Of a DNA stretch of 64,000 nt, positions 25,932 through 40,270 are shown one piece after another. Under the pieces are notes generated by a model that had not been told where the DNA came from, did not search any database, and was given only the letters and a program-made list of their open reading frames with translations. Position numbers and translations under genes: made by a program. This DNA comes from Eledone cirrhosa (Eukaryota), in the NCBI GenBank assembly GCA_964016885.1, contig OZ024764.1, positions 21,018,001 through 21,082,000 on the forward strand, written 5' to 3'. The stretch's first letter is position 1. Every line of letters starts with the position of its first letter.

Positions 25932-26042
25932 TCTCTAGACCTCTTAGATGTTTGCAATCGATTTTTCTTCCTGAAAACGGAAACCCTAACCCTAATACTG
26001 GGGAATAAAACGTCTATTGCAAGTATCTAAGGGGTCCAGAGA
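25932..26042. repeat. Hairpin element with ~30-bp imperfect inverted arms around CCCTAACCCTAA (copies 40392-40500, 58780-58888)
   Basis: ctagacctcttagatgtttgcaatcg versus ctattgcaagtatctaaggggtccag. Confidence 0.7.
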
Positions 26043-26044
26043 AA

Positions 26045-26600
26045 ATACTCGTGGGGGTACCTGGTTATTTCAGCACCTTAGCCTCACCTTACCGAGGTGT
26101 TAGGTGATAGGTGATACCCGTGAGGGTACCTGGTTATTTCAGTACCCTAGCCACACCTTACTGAGGCGTCAGGTGATACCCGTGAGGGTACCTGGTTATT
26201 TCAGCACCTTAGCCTCACCTTACTGAGGTGTCAGGTGATACCGTGGGGGTACCTGGTTATTTCAACACCTTAGTAATGCTGCCAGTGTGTTGGCTTGCCT
26301 CAAAGTGTGTAGTTAACCCCTAAGGTGTGAGGTGTAGCCTATTATCACACTTGGTGGTCAATTGCCATCTCCCACTGTGTTTTTCTTTCCTTTATCATTA
26401 TTGCTCAATAAATTATATTATTATACACAGTTTAGACAATATATTTGTAATGTCTTTCTCAAGGAATTGCCAGCAATTTATAATGTTATTTACACACTTA
26501 TGTTATTTATGTATATATTTAAAACATATTTACAACGTTATTCTACTGTAAATTTATACAATTGTAATGAAATATATTAATTATATCATCACATAATATA
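26045..26600 (+). mobile_element. CRE RLE-tail fragment amplified as a 62-bp tandem repeat, followed by its 3' UTR
   Basis: Repeat unit translates LTEVSGDTREGTWLFQHLSL, then NAASVLACLK; ~4 copies here, 3 at 40637-40800. Confidence 0.75.
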
Positions 26601-26805
26601 AAAACGACCTTTAGAATATTTAAATATTTAGTTTTGTTAATTTATTTTTCAGCAACAACAAAAGTTTTCACTTTAATTAATTAGAGGTAGGTAAAATATA
26701 GATAATTACGATAACATTTTATATTTCCAGTAATGAAACAAACAAGAAAATATATATTTGTGATGTGAAAAGTGAGCTTAAATCTACAATATTAATAGAC
26801 ATAAT

Positions 26806-26950
26806 ACTTACATTATAGTCTCAGGTATTTAGTATTTACAGAAATGTTGTCTAAATGATGTTGTAGGAAGACTAACACGTGGACAGGAAGTCGACAACTG
26901 CACCACTGCGCATGCTTCAATGTCAAAGGTCAAGTTTTTTTGTGACGTAA
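26806..26950 (-). promoter_or_regulatory. Promoter and exon 1 of ZNF gene A
   Basis: Donor GTAAGT 26806-26811; CACGTG 26876, CAGGAAGT 26884, TGCGCATGC 26907, TGACGT 26943. Confidence 0.65.
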
Positions 26951-27299
26951 AAATATTTTTACCGAATTAAATTATGTAAAGTTTGTAATAGAAAAATGAA
27001 AGTTGAAAACAGTAAATGTAATTAAAATAGAGAAAGTAAGGTGTTGGTGGTGAGGAATGGACGGTAGACATTTCACCTCAGTCTAGGTAGTGTATTTTAT
27101 CTGTGTCACTCGGACAATAGCCAGCGATGACCACTACACCAACCACTCTCTCCTTCAGGTGGTGTCCACTTTCGTGAGTCTGTAAAAATACAGGGCAGTG
27201 GGAAGACAGAGGACAGCAGAGGAGGTCTTGACTTGAAAAGAGTATCACTTGATACCTCGATATAACCTGTTGGTAGATATAGTAGGGTGCTGGATCAAT

Positions 27300-27560
27300 C
27301 GAGTACCCTGACAGAGATCACCGGGTATCTCGGTAAGATCGGGTCATATGGAGGCTAAGTTGCCAGAACAGCTAAGTACCCTGACAGAGATCACCGGGTA
27401 TCTCGGTAAGATCGGGTCATATGGAGGTTAAGTTGCCAGAACAGCTAAGTACCCTGACAGAGATCACCGGGTATCTCGGTAAAATCATGTCATGTGGGGG
27501 CTAAACCACCCAAACAGCTAAGTACCCTCACAAGAGTCATCGGGTACTTCGGTAAAGCCA
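27300..27560. repeat. 73-bp minisatellite, about 3.5 copies
   Basis: gtaccctgacagagatcaccgggtatctcgg at 27303, 27376, 27449. Confidence 0.9.
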
Positions 27561-29141
27561 GCCGCCAACAGTGACCACAACTTCGTTGTCAGCAGCCCAG
27601 CTTCTCAAACATCACAGACTGGAATAAATACTTTGCCGATAATTACTGGTAGTTTAACTTTTATTTCGTTCGTCTACAGAAGCAGTGACCCTCACTTTTA
27701 CTACAGCATGTAGGATGTGGGAGGGAGAGAAAAACATCACTAACTGGGGTCTCACAAATGTGACAGTTAGTTTTGAAAATACATATACAACATACAAGAT
27801 AAATGACTAGACTGAAATATATTTGATAGGGAATAAAGAGTAGAATATTCTAGTCTGTGGTGTTGGAGAAGTTTGGAGGAGATAGGTCCCTGACAACGAG
27901 GTTCTTGTTATCGTTGGCAGCTCTCCTTACCGAGGTGTCAGGTGATACATATGAGGGTGTTTGGTAGTTCCAGCATCTTAGCCTTGCTATCACTCGAGGT
28001 AAGACTGTCTCAGAAAGTATTAGAGGGAGACTCCGGCACCCCATATGATGTGAGACTGATTGACAGAGTGTTGACTTAATATTTTCATTTGTTGTAATTC
28101 TATGTGAAATATATCTCTATGTAAGTAACTTGGTTACGTGAATCATTGTGAATCACGTAAATACTTAAACAGAAATCTACTTAGGACACAAAATAAAGCA
28201 GGTTCCATTGTACAAAACATATAAAGCACGTATATCAAAAAGAAGGGGGGATGTAACAAGAGTTGTCTCCCCTTACATATGTTTTACAGTAGTGTACGTT
28301 TGTGTGTTTCTCTATCTCTCTCTATATATATAAATATATATATTTTTTTTACGATCGACTTTTAGTCAAATCGGACCGAGGAAACAATGTTTCCATTGGT
28401 CTTTCCAATAGCTAATACTATCTATTGGTCGCAACTCCAGAAGACTGCAAATGACTGTCTCATACTTCTTTGAAAGATGTTTTCAAACAAACACGTGTAC
28501 AAAATCCTATTGTGTTAAAAGTAATAATTACGTATGAAACAAATTATTCATTAAAGTAATTAGCAAATACGTTTTTATATATGGTGTCTAGCAAGGGGAC
28601 CCACTCGCCTCACTCCTATTGGTGGTGACAGTTGACAACATGGTCTAATTACAGCTGTCTGGTACCTAGATGACACAACCCTGGGTGGCTCGGCTGAGAC
28701 AGGTTAAGGCCTCTCTAAACCCAAGTATATTACAGTCCTACATAACTGGGATGACATCAATTGTAGGTAGGTCTCTTCACACCGGTCACCATCAAGACCT
28801 CAGAAGTACTTAGACCCCGTACTGCGAAGCTCCTCTGTAAGATCAGTAGGTTGGTGGCCCTTCTGAAGAGGGAGTCCCATGAGGTTGGGGTGGCTGTAAC
28901 TGTCCATCGTCCGGAGCAAATACTTTTGCAGTCTTATCCACAGGGCGCAGCATTTCTGCCCCCTTAACCTAGACCCAAAGCACAATTATTTGCTTTTTGC
29001 TGAATTGTGGGTACTTTCGTATTTAGTTCTTTTGTGACCCTTCTTTGAAATGTCTTTGACTCATGTGGTGACCTCCTGGTAGTTAATGTAGCAGAACACA
29101 CTGAAGGACATGCTGCCCTCCCTAGTGTTCGTAACCTACAT

Positions 29142-31193
29142 CAGACACATCAAACATGCGGCCCTTTGAAAGCAAACCTGCGGCCCACACAAAGGTTTTT
29201 ACAGTGCGAGCATGTTTCATTTTCGTAATATAAAATTTAAAACATTTTCGATACAATTATTTTTTTTGGTGCAATTTTTGTCAACTACTTTTAACTTCCA
29301 TTAATCACGTGCAGCTCATTAACAGAAAACTTTCTTTCAAAATTTCAAAAGATTTCGTTTTTGAAATGGTTAGTGCTCCTCCAGCTAAGAGAAAAAGGAA
29401 AGTGAACGAAGAAGGGCAAGTGTTTCAAGAAAAGTGGGAATTACAGTATTTTTGCCCAATGGTGAACAGAAAGATACACTGTTTAATTTGCAACAACTAC
29501 ATCGCCACGCCAAAAGAGTACAATTTAAAAAGACATTATGAAACAAACCCTCGATCTTACGATAAATATGAAGGCCCAATGTGTGTTTCAAGACTCAAGG
29601 AATTGAAGGTTAACTTGACACAGCAACAGACCTGTTTTATGTTAATTCAGGAAGAGGATGTCACTTCCGTTACTGCAAGCTATGAACTCAGTCAAATGAT
29701 TGCCATGAGTGGGAAATCTTACAGTGAAGGAGATTTTGTAAAGCAATGTCTTGTAAAAACAGCTGAAATTGTCCTGAGAAAGCAGAGTTATTCAAAGACA
29801 TTTCATTAAACAGGAACACTGTTGCTGAACAGATTAATGAAATGTCAGGTGATCTGAAACGACAGTTAAAGGCTGTATCATCAAGGTTTGAACATGTTTC
29901 TATTGCTATTGATGAGACTCTTGACATCACTGGAATAGTACAGCTTGCATTCTTCATCAGGGCCTGTGACAGTGAATTTAATATTTATGAAGAACTGATT
30001 GAACTGGTCCCCATGCATGACACTATAACAAGCCAGGACATCTTTGAGAAGGTCAAACAGTGTCTGCATGGTTTTGATCTGAGTAAACTTGCATGTTTAT
30101 CTACTGACAGTGCTGCAAATATGGTTGGTAGACATAATGGTGTTGCTACCAAGTTACAAACAAAAATAGAAAACTCATATCTAGATTCATCATTTGCGCA
30201 TTTTCACTATTATTCATCAGCAAAATTTATGTTCAAAGATTTTAAAATTGCATCATGTGCTTAGCTTGGTCACAAAGACAGTGAACTAAATCAGAGGCCG
30301 TGCTCTCAACCACCGTCAGTTCAGCCAGTTGTTGGAAGATATGGATAATCAGTTCACCGATGTTCCATTCTACACAGAGGTCTGCTGGTTGACATGTCAC
30401 AAAGTGCTGAAAAGATTCTATTTGTTGAAATAATTATGTTTTTGGAGATGAAAGGTCAAAACACAGGTGAAATAAAAGATGAAAGTTGGCTCCAACATCT
30501 GGCTTCTTTTGTGGATATTACTGCACAATTAACTGATCTTAATTTGAAATTACAAGGTAAAAACAAACCCATCACTCAGTTGTATGATGACATCAAGTTC
30601 TTCATTAGAAAACTTAGCTTATGGAAGTCTCCGTTGTCAGATGAAAATTTAATTGATTTTCTTATGTGCAATTTTCTTATGAGCTGAAAATCACTGCCCA
30701 TACTGAGTCTGTACTTAGCTTAACAAAAACTTCTCAGAGAACAAGGCTGACAGATCAACACTTGTCATTTCTGATTAAAGTTGAAACTGTACAGACATTT
30801 CAGCCAGGCATACCAAAAATTGTCAACAGAAAGAAGTGTCAAGCCTCAGGACACAACACTAAAAATGGTTGAATAGTAGCAAATAAATGTTCAGTTTTCA
30901 ACTGTTGTTATTTGTGTACAATGTATTTGTTGCTGTTACAATCTGCAAGTATATGTTGACATGTTAAATTTTAGTTTTTTGTCAAACTACTTCATTACTT
31001 TGTATTCATGAATGCTGCTAAAACATTTGTATGTACATTGTATGTTTCTAAATTTAAGTAACAAATCTTTCTGCAATATATTTTATTAAATGACTAATAA
31101 GTTGTCGTGTACATAATTAGTTGTAGTGTGCAACCCTCAGATAACACATGTGACCTATGTGGCCCTTGGGGAACCCTCAGTTTGTTATGTCTC
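29142..31193 (+). mobile_element. hAT transposon with both ends and an 8-bp TSD, degraded transposase
   Basis: TSD ACCTACAT at 29134-29141 and 31194-31201; imperfect TIRs CAGACACATCAAAC / GTTTGTTATGTCTC; SIAIDETLD catalytic motif. Confidence 0.92.
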
Positions 31194-31758
31194 ACCTACA
31201 TGATAAACACACCCAACACAGGCTGTAATGTGGTTGGTCATGTGAAGGACATCTAGCTATAGAAAGCTTGCCCGACAATAGTGTCGGAGAACCCTTCAAT
31301 CATGACAAAGACATGACAACCTTTTCTGTGCACTCAGTAGCAAATGAGACCTTATGTAAATAAGTCCCAGATCCTTGGTCTGTCTGGGAGATCAGTAGCC
31401 TCACTTCAGTACTTACTTGGTTGAAGTAGACTCATTAAACCCTTGCTAGCAGGGAAATCTGATGTTGATTTTGTAACCTCAAGCTCTTCTTATTCCAGAG
31501 AGGGTCTTGGGGGCAGAGTCCTCAAACACTCCCTCCAACAGGTCCTGTCAGAAGCAACCCACTCCAACTGATCTGGCTGGATCTCCCAGAGAGACCAGCC
31601 AAGTTCATGGATGTTATGTGACCATCTTGAGGTGGTCATATAGGAGATATGACAAAAAGCACCCAACCCACACTGTAAAGAACACACAGTCAACATTATA
31701 AGGTGGTCATGTAGATGTTACGACAAAAAGTACCCAGCCAACACTGTAAAGTGGTCAT

Positions 31759-33423
31759 CATCATCATCATCAACATTTAACGTCCGTGTTCCACGCGTGC
31801 ATGGGTTTGGACGGGGGTAGTTCCACTTGAGGCAAGAGTGATTGTCTTGCTCGCATAGGACTGTCTGGCAGGTTTTCTACAGTTGGATGCCCTTCCTAAC
31901 ACCAACCACATTTACAGTGTGGGTCTGGGAGGTTTTTACCGTGTTGCCTACACGGCCACATTACAGCGTGGACTGTGTGTTTTTTTTGTCGTGACACCTA
32001 CACGATCTCATTTGTTTCGGCCTGGATGGCGCGGCACCAACATTTTCTAAGAGATGCCCACTGGCTGGAGTAGGTTTTACTATATATTTAGGTAAGGCGG
32101 GTCTTCTCTGTTACTGAGTACCGCCAAAGGTCTCGGTCCAGTGACATTGTCTTGGAGAGGTGTAAGTGTGTGATGTCGGAGTTTATCAGCTCGTCCCAGG
32201 TTTTTCTAGGTCTGCCTATTCCGTGACTACCGTCTATCTTTATTGCCCTGCACTTTGTTATACAGCTATCGACTTTCATGCGCATCACGTGACCATACCA
32301 ACATAGCCTTCTCTCGAGTAAACAACATCTGATCCCTCTTATCTCTAATTTTTTCCTTAGTTCGTTTATGCTTTGCCGTTCACGTATATTACTGTTACAC
32401 ATCCAGCGGAGCATGCAAGCTTCGTTCCTCTCTAGTCTGCGTATATCCTCTGCACATAATGCCCAGGTCTCACTGCCATGCAGCATTGATGTTCGTATGC
32501 AGGCATCGTACAACCTGCCTTTCATTTTTAGGGAGAACCCTTTAGCAGCTAATAGTGGTATAAGCTCTCTGAACTTTTACCAACCAGTTCTGACTCTAGC
32601 TCCAGTACTTTCAGAGCACCCTCCCCCACTGCTGATTTTATTGCCCAGGTAACGGAAGCTGTCCACTATTTCTATAGAACCCTCTGCGCAATTGAAAGAG
32701 CTAGTATTTTGTGGGCACTTGCTGCTACTTATTGCACCAGAGCACCGGCCACATGTAAAATCTATGTTCTTAGTTAGCTTACCTGTGATCCCACTACATC
32801 TTTTATGTACCCATACTTTGCATTTAGGACATAAAATGGAGTTTCTACCTACGCCTTTCCTACACACCGAGCACGACCATTTCCCAGAAGGGACCGCCGC
32901 CTTGTTTTCTTTCCTACAAACTAGAACTTTGGTCTTAGCCAGGTTAATTTTAAGTCCTTTTGACTCTAGGCCGTGCTTCCATGTTTGGAATTTCTTCTCT
33001 AGCTCGGCCATTGATTCCGCTATGAGTGTCAGGTCGTCTGCGTATAGGAGTTCCCATGGGCAGCCTGTCTTGAACTCCTCTGTTATAGCCTGAAGGGCAA
33101 TAATAAATAGTAGGGGGCTGAGAACAGAGCCCTGATGGACGCCAACTTTTACGCTAAACTCTTCACTATATTCGTTGTTAATTCTAACCTTGCTGACTGT
33201 TTCTTTATACATGGCTTGTATAGCCCTCACAAGCCATTCGTCAACGCCTAGTTTTCTAAGAGCCCACCAGATAATGGAGCGGGGGACTCTGTCGAAGGCT
33301 TTCTCCAAGTCGACAAAAGCTAAGTAGAGGGGTTTACCTTTAGCTAGGTACTTCTCCTGTAGTTGTCGTACTATGAAAAGAGCGTCTGTGGTACTTTTGC
33401 CTGACACAAACCCGAACTGCATT
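31759..33423 (-). mobile_element. 5'-truncated RTE LINE, family 2
   Basis: RT motifs DLEKAFD, QGSVLSP, YADD; (GAT)n tail; interrupts the 48-bp array. Confidence 0.92.
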
Positions 33424-34911
33424 GTAGGTGACAACAAAAAGAACCCAGCCAAAACTTTAAAGTGGTCATGTAGGTGTCACAACAAAAAGTACCCAGTCTA
33501 CACTGTAAAGTGGTTCTGTAGGTGTCACAACAAAAAGGTTCTTCTCTAAAAATATATAATTATCTTTTATATTAATGTTAATGATAAAGAATAAATAATA
33601 TAATAAATATACCACCATAGGTGCTGAGGTGGCTAGCTGCTGGTGTGAACCTCACGAGATGGAATGGCTCTTCCAGCACATCTAGAACAACATGACCCTC
33701 TAATATCTAGTATTTAGTAACAAACTAGACCACCCGGGACCTGTTGGGTCACGTTCCCTTAAAACTATTTTTTTTAAATCATGTTCACTTAAAAATAATT
33801 TTCAAATAGTTAAAATATAGACATATATATATAGACACATATATACACAAGCATTTTATTAAACATCACCACCAGCTCTCTCTCTCTCTCTCTCTCTTCC
33901 CCTTTCCATCCATCTCCTTTTCAATCCACACTCTCACAACCACTATCTCTTTCTCTCCCTATATTTATCAAGGTACCCAGAAAACCCCGTATCTTGGGAA
34001 CCTGTGCTCCATTTTATACAAAACTTGTTTTATTCTTTTCAAAGTATTTCCCCATTATGCACTGTTTTAGCTGTATTAAATTACAGACAAGACACAATCA
34101 CAGAGTTTTAGTAGTGTATAGATAATATAGTTTCAAATTAAAGTTAGTAAACGACAGTTTGGAGAAATCTGTAACATTTATTAAACATTCTTCAAGTTTG
34201 TCAATTCTATAGCACAATAGTTTGTTAGTTAAAGTGTTTAGTTAGATGTTCTACATATAAAGAAGAGAGAATACTTTACCACAAATATTACAGTGGTATA
34301 ATGATTTTCCCATCTCTACTGGAAAATATTCCTATGTTGATGTAAATATTTCTATTGTTCATAATTTTACCAAATGTGATCTTTGTCAATATCCAAATAT
34401 TTTGAAAACTCCTTTGTAAATATCCAAAGTTTAATCAGAATGTAAAATCATCTTGTAAATATTCCAGACAGTGAAAAAGGAATATGTTGTTATTTATCTC
34501 AATTCAGAAGAAATATTTCACCATAATTCACCACAGACTAAACAAGTTTATATCACTTGTATGTAACATCTTTCTGTTGTCTTTAAAAGACTCTTTTCTG
34601 TCAAGGTCATGTGATATTCTGAAATAGTAGAGAAACATTATTAAGATATTTAGAAAGTAGAGATACAACAGTGAAAACTTTACTACATCTCTATATTAAT
34701 AGATATAAACCTTACATGGTGACACAAACACTGCAACACTAACTTACAGGAAAACATCTAGTTACTTGATCTAGTTACTTCAATCAGGTGAAGAGATAAA
34801 CTAGATTGACTTCATTCTCATCAGAAAACAGGATAGACAGATGGTTGGGAATATTAACTCCTTTACTGGAGAAGGACGTACCACTCAACATAGACTAGAT
34901 ACTAGGTGTAA

Positions 34912-35645
34912 GATCTAGAGGGACTGACAGATACAAGACTATCTGGAGATAGAAGGGTTGGAGAGTAAAACATCTCCCTGTTAAATATAAGATCTAGAGG
35001 GACTGTGAGGGTGGTACAAGACAACCTAGAGAAAGAGGTAGAGATAGTAAAATATCACCCTGTTAAATATAAAATCTAGAGGGACTGTGACAGAGGTACA
35101 AGACAACCTAGAGAAAAGGGTAGGGATAGTAAAAGATCTCCCTGTTAAATATAAAATCTAGAGGGACTGTGAGAGAGGCTCAAGACAACCTAGAGAAAAG
35201 GGTAGAGATAGTAAAATATCACCCTGTTAAATATAAAATCTAGAGGGACTGTGACAGAGGTACAAGACAACCTAAATAAAGGGTAGGGATAGTAAAATAT
35301 CTCCCTGTTAAATATAAAATCTAGAAGGACTGTGAGAGAGGTACAAGACAACCTAGAGAAAAGGGTAGGGATAGTAAAATATCTCCCTGTTTAATATAAG
35401 ATCTAGAGGGACTGTGAGAGAGGTACAAGACAACCTAGAGAAAAGGGTAGGGATAGTAAAATATCGCCGTGTTAAATATAAGATCTAGAGGGACTGTGAC
35501 AGAGGTACAAGACAACCTAGAGAAAAGGGTAGGGATAGTAAAATATCTCCCTGTTAAATATAAGATCTAGAGGGACTGTGAGAGAGGTACAAGACAATCT
35601 AACAAAAGGGGTAAGGACAGTAAAAGATCTCCCTGTTAAATATAA
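34912..35645. repeat. 82-bp minisatellite, about 9 copies
   Basis: tctagagggactgtga...tacaagacaacctagag at 34993, 35075, 35157 and onward. Confidence 0.92.
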
Positions 35646-35828
35646 ATTCAGAGATGTTCTACATGATACATATGATAAGGAGGAGGAGATTGATAGCTAT
35701 GACATAGAAGATATCTGGAAGTTTCTTTCAGACAGCCTGTTGTGAACCACTGATGAGATCTGTAGTTGATGTAAGCTGCCAGCCAGATGAATGTTGCCTT
35801 GGTGATGGAATAGTACAGTAGATAGAAG

Positions 35829-36195
35829 CCGACCTTAACCCAATTACACCTCTCAAAGGCAATGACACACGACCGTGACCTCTGGCGTCACGCAGTAATA
35901 CAGAGTACCCGACAACCCATGGGTGCAAGCTGAAGCATATAGACAATATGCCCCCACCGCAAAAAAGCACCAAGCCCACACTGTAAAGTGGACGTGTAGG
36001 CGCCACAAAAAAGCACCCAGCACTCACTGTAAATGAGGTTGGTGTTAAGAAGGACATCCAGCTGTAGAAATCAAGCCAAATCAGTTCCTGTATGAGCAAG
36101 GCATGGTCAGCCAACCAGACACTGCCCACAACAGGACAACCCGTCTAACCAATGCTAGCGTGGAAGAACGGACGTAAAACGGTGATGATGATGAT
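35829..36195 (+). mobile_element. RTE-related SINE with 8-bp TSD
   Basis: TSD GATAGAAG (35821-35828, 36196-36203); empty site at ~17792 and ~53705; (GAT)n tail. Confidence 0.88.
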
Positions 36196-36676
36196 GATAG
36201 AAGTTGAAATCTAAAACAACTGAAGAGACAGGAGGGGAACAACAATATCAAATAGTTAAAATGGAAGCTAGATATTAGGCTTACAAGTTATTGATTTCTG
36301 TTGTTATTGTTAAAATCTGTTTAATCTGTGATATGTGAGACAATGTACAGGACAATAGAATTAATATCAATGTCTGACTAACAACAACAAAAGTTTTCAT
36401 TTTATTGGCAGGTTTAAATTACAGAAGTTCCCAAACCTTTACTAAAAATACAAATATATATCTTACCTGTTAAAGTATAATAAATGAAAGTTGAATGTGA
36501 AAAACTTTAATTTATACAAAATCTTCAAACACTGCTTCAAAAATGGAAACCTGGTGTTTATGATCCCTGTCATAGGTAAAACCTACAAGGTTGACCCCAG
36601 TTTTAGCCAGGATGATGGATCTACACAATTGTTGTTGTTGTTGTAGTATGATGTAATGAGTTTGATATTGATACAG

Positions 36677-37641
<965 letters not shown>

Positions 37642-38584
37642 TCAATCACCTCAGTTTCTCACATAATTCACAGTTTTAATATTTTTCTCCTCGCAAAATA
37701 TGGATATTTTTCTTCTTTATGTTTATAATATTATTCCTAAAATATATTCCTCCAGATATATTTCTATCAACTTTGGTCTTTCTTTATATTTAAAGATGAT
37801 ACAAACTGTTTTGTAGATCTCTTCAAGTTTAATATACGTATAAAATCATCTCGTACATATTCCAGACAATGAAGAATCTAATTTTTCTGGTTTTTATTTG
37901 ATTAGTTATTCCTGTAATAATGGAAATATTTCTACTCCTGTAGTTCCATCAACTATCATTTTTGTCAATATATGAAGATATTACAAAATCATGTGTAAAT
38001 TTCTTCAGCTATATTTTGTATCTTCTACATATTCCAGACAGCAAAGAATAGAAGTGTTATTGAGTTTACAAGAAATATTTCACAGTATTTCTCCCATAGA
38101 TTTATATAAACAAGGTTGTATCTGTTCTGTATAACAGCTTCCTTTAGTCTTTAAAAAATGGTGTTGATGAAACAACTGATATAAAAGTGTTTTATCCTTT
38201 TCATATCAGTCTTTATATTTATCTAAAAACTTTCCATTGTAACTTCATGAGATTGTGCAAAGTTATGTTCCAAATAGCAGCTTAATACTGAGAAATTTAG
38301 TTATATTACTAAATCCCTTCAAAGTGTTGAGTGTTTTCAAAATTATTTGAAAATGATGGGTAGTGTCTTTCATTAGAAATGGTTAATGTTGAGGATATGT
38401 CTGATGTAACGTGCTCTTTAATGCCAATGTCCTCTGGTATTCTGAAATAATAAAAGAACATTATAAGATACTCAGAAACTTGTAATACATCAGTACAAAT
38501 TTCATATAATATTTCTATATTGATAAATGGACTGTAATAAATACTAAGGCCTTCTTTGGTGAAGAATGTGCTGACTAACATAGG

Positions 38585-39427
38585 TTAGTTATTAGTGGCA
38601 GTAGATTATACTGACTGATAAAAGTAGTTATTAGTGACATTAGATTAAACTGACTGATAAAAGTAGTTATTAGTGAGATTAGATTATACTGACTGATAAA
38701 AGTAGTTATTAGTGACATTAGATTAAACTGACAGATAAAAGTAGTTATTAGTGACATTAGATTAAACTGACTGATAAAAGTAGTTATTAGTGACATTAGA
38801 TTAAACTGACTGATAAAAGTAGTTATTAGTGACATTAGATTATACTGACTGATAAAAGTAGTTATTAGTGACATTAGATTAAACTAACTGATAAAAGTAG
38901 TTATTAGTGACATTAGATTATACTGACTGATAAAAGTAGTTATTAGTGACTTTAGATTATACTGACTGATAAAAGTAGTTATTAGTGACATTAGATTAAA
39001 CTGACTGATAAAAGTAGTTATTAGTGACGTTAGATTAAACTGACTGATAAAAGTAGTTAATAGTGAGATTAGATTAAACTGACTGATAAAAGTAGTTATT
39101 AGTGACATTAGATTATACTGACTGATAAAAGTAGTTATTAGTGACATTAGATTATACTGACTGATAAAAGTAGTTATTAGTGACATTAGATTAAACTGAC
39201 TGATAAAAGTAGTTATTAGTGACATTAGATTATACTGACTGATAAAAGTAGTTATTAGTGACATTAGATTATACTGACTGATAAAAGTAGTTATTAGTGA
39301 TGTTAGATTATACTGACTGATAAAAGTAGTTATTAGTGACATTAGATTATACTGACTGATAAAAGTAGTTATTAGTGACTTTAGATTATACTGACTGATA
39401 AAAGTAGTTATTAGTGACATTAGATTA
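38585..39427. repeat. 39-bp VNTR, about 21 copies, in intron 1 of gene B
   Basis: ctgactgataaaagtagttattagtgacattagattata repeated. Confidence 0.97.
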
Positions 39428-39428
39428 A

Positions 39429-39636
39429 CCCTTTAGTATTTACATTACTCTATATTTACTATTATATTTTCACAGTAAATGCTTTATCTCACATAATATC
39501 AAATCTATGAGATTTTCATGTTATTTATTTTGAGAACAATACCTTAACATAAGTATAAGTGACCAATTACGGCCAGTTTGAACAGAAAGATGTGGGAGAA
39601 GTCTTGCCAGATATGGCCAGTTTATATACTAAAGGG
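39429..39636. mobile_element. piggyBac-type MITE
   Basis: TTAA|CCCTTTAGTAT...ATACTAAAGGG|TTAA. Confidence 0.85.
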
Positions 39637-39640
39637 TTAA

Positions 39641-40270
39641 GGAAATTAGGTGTAGAAGAATGGCTTGTGAGAAGCTGTCAGTAAAGTGTGATTAGTGAGG
39701 AATTGAAGGTACAGGTAGGAGTTCATCATGGTTTAGTTCTTAGCCCACTGTTGTTCATCATAGTTCTCCAAGCCATAACAGAGAGGTTTAAGACTGGCTG
39801 TCTATGGAAACTTCTCTATGTAGATGACCAGCTATAGATATAGAATTTGAAATGGTAAGTTCTGAGAATATACTTAGCCAAAACTAAAGTGGTAATGGAT
39901 AGGAGAGAAGACCCTGACCCCTTCAGGAAAGTGGCCCTGCTCCATATGTAGAAAAGGAATAAGTAGAGATAACCACAATGACAGAGACCTAGTTATAATA
40001 GCAGGGGACTTCAATGGTCATGTTGGACAGCTCCAGGATGGATACACTGGGGTACATGGTGGTCATGGTTATGGCTCAAGAAATGAAGAAGGAGTGAGGC
40101 TTCTTGTATTTTGTGATGTAAGTGAACTAACCATTTGCAACACTTCAAGAAACCTACCAACCACCTAATAACCTACCAATCAGGTGAGCACATGAGACAG
40201 ATTGACTTCTTGCTAGTTAGGGAGTAAGACAGATAGATGGTGTCAAATACTAAGGCATACCCCAGGGAAC
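39641..40270 (+). mobile_element. Degraded RTE fragments, RT piece then APE piece (paralog 58031-58660)
   Basis: KLGVEEWLVR, LSPLLFIIVLQAIT; then AGDFNGHVGQLQDGYTGVHGGHGYGSRNEEGVRLL. Confidence 0.8.

Noticed and set aside
25984-25996. Telomere or interstitial telomeric array
   Set aside because: Only two CCCTAA units
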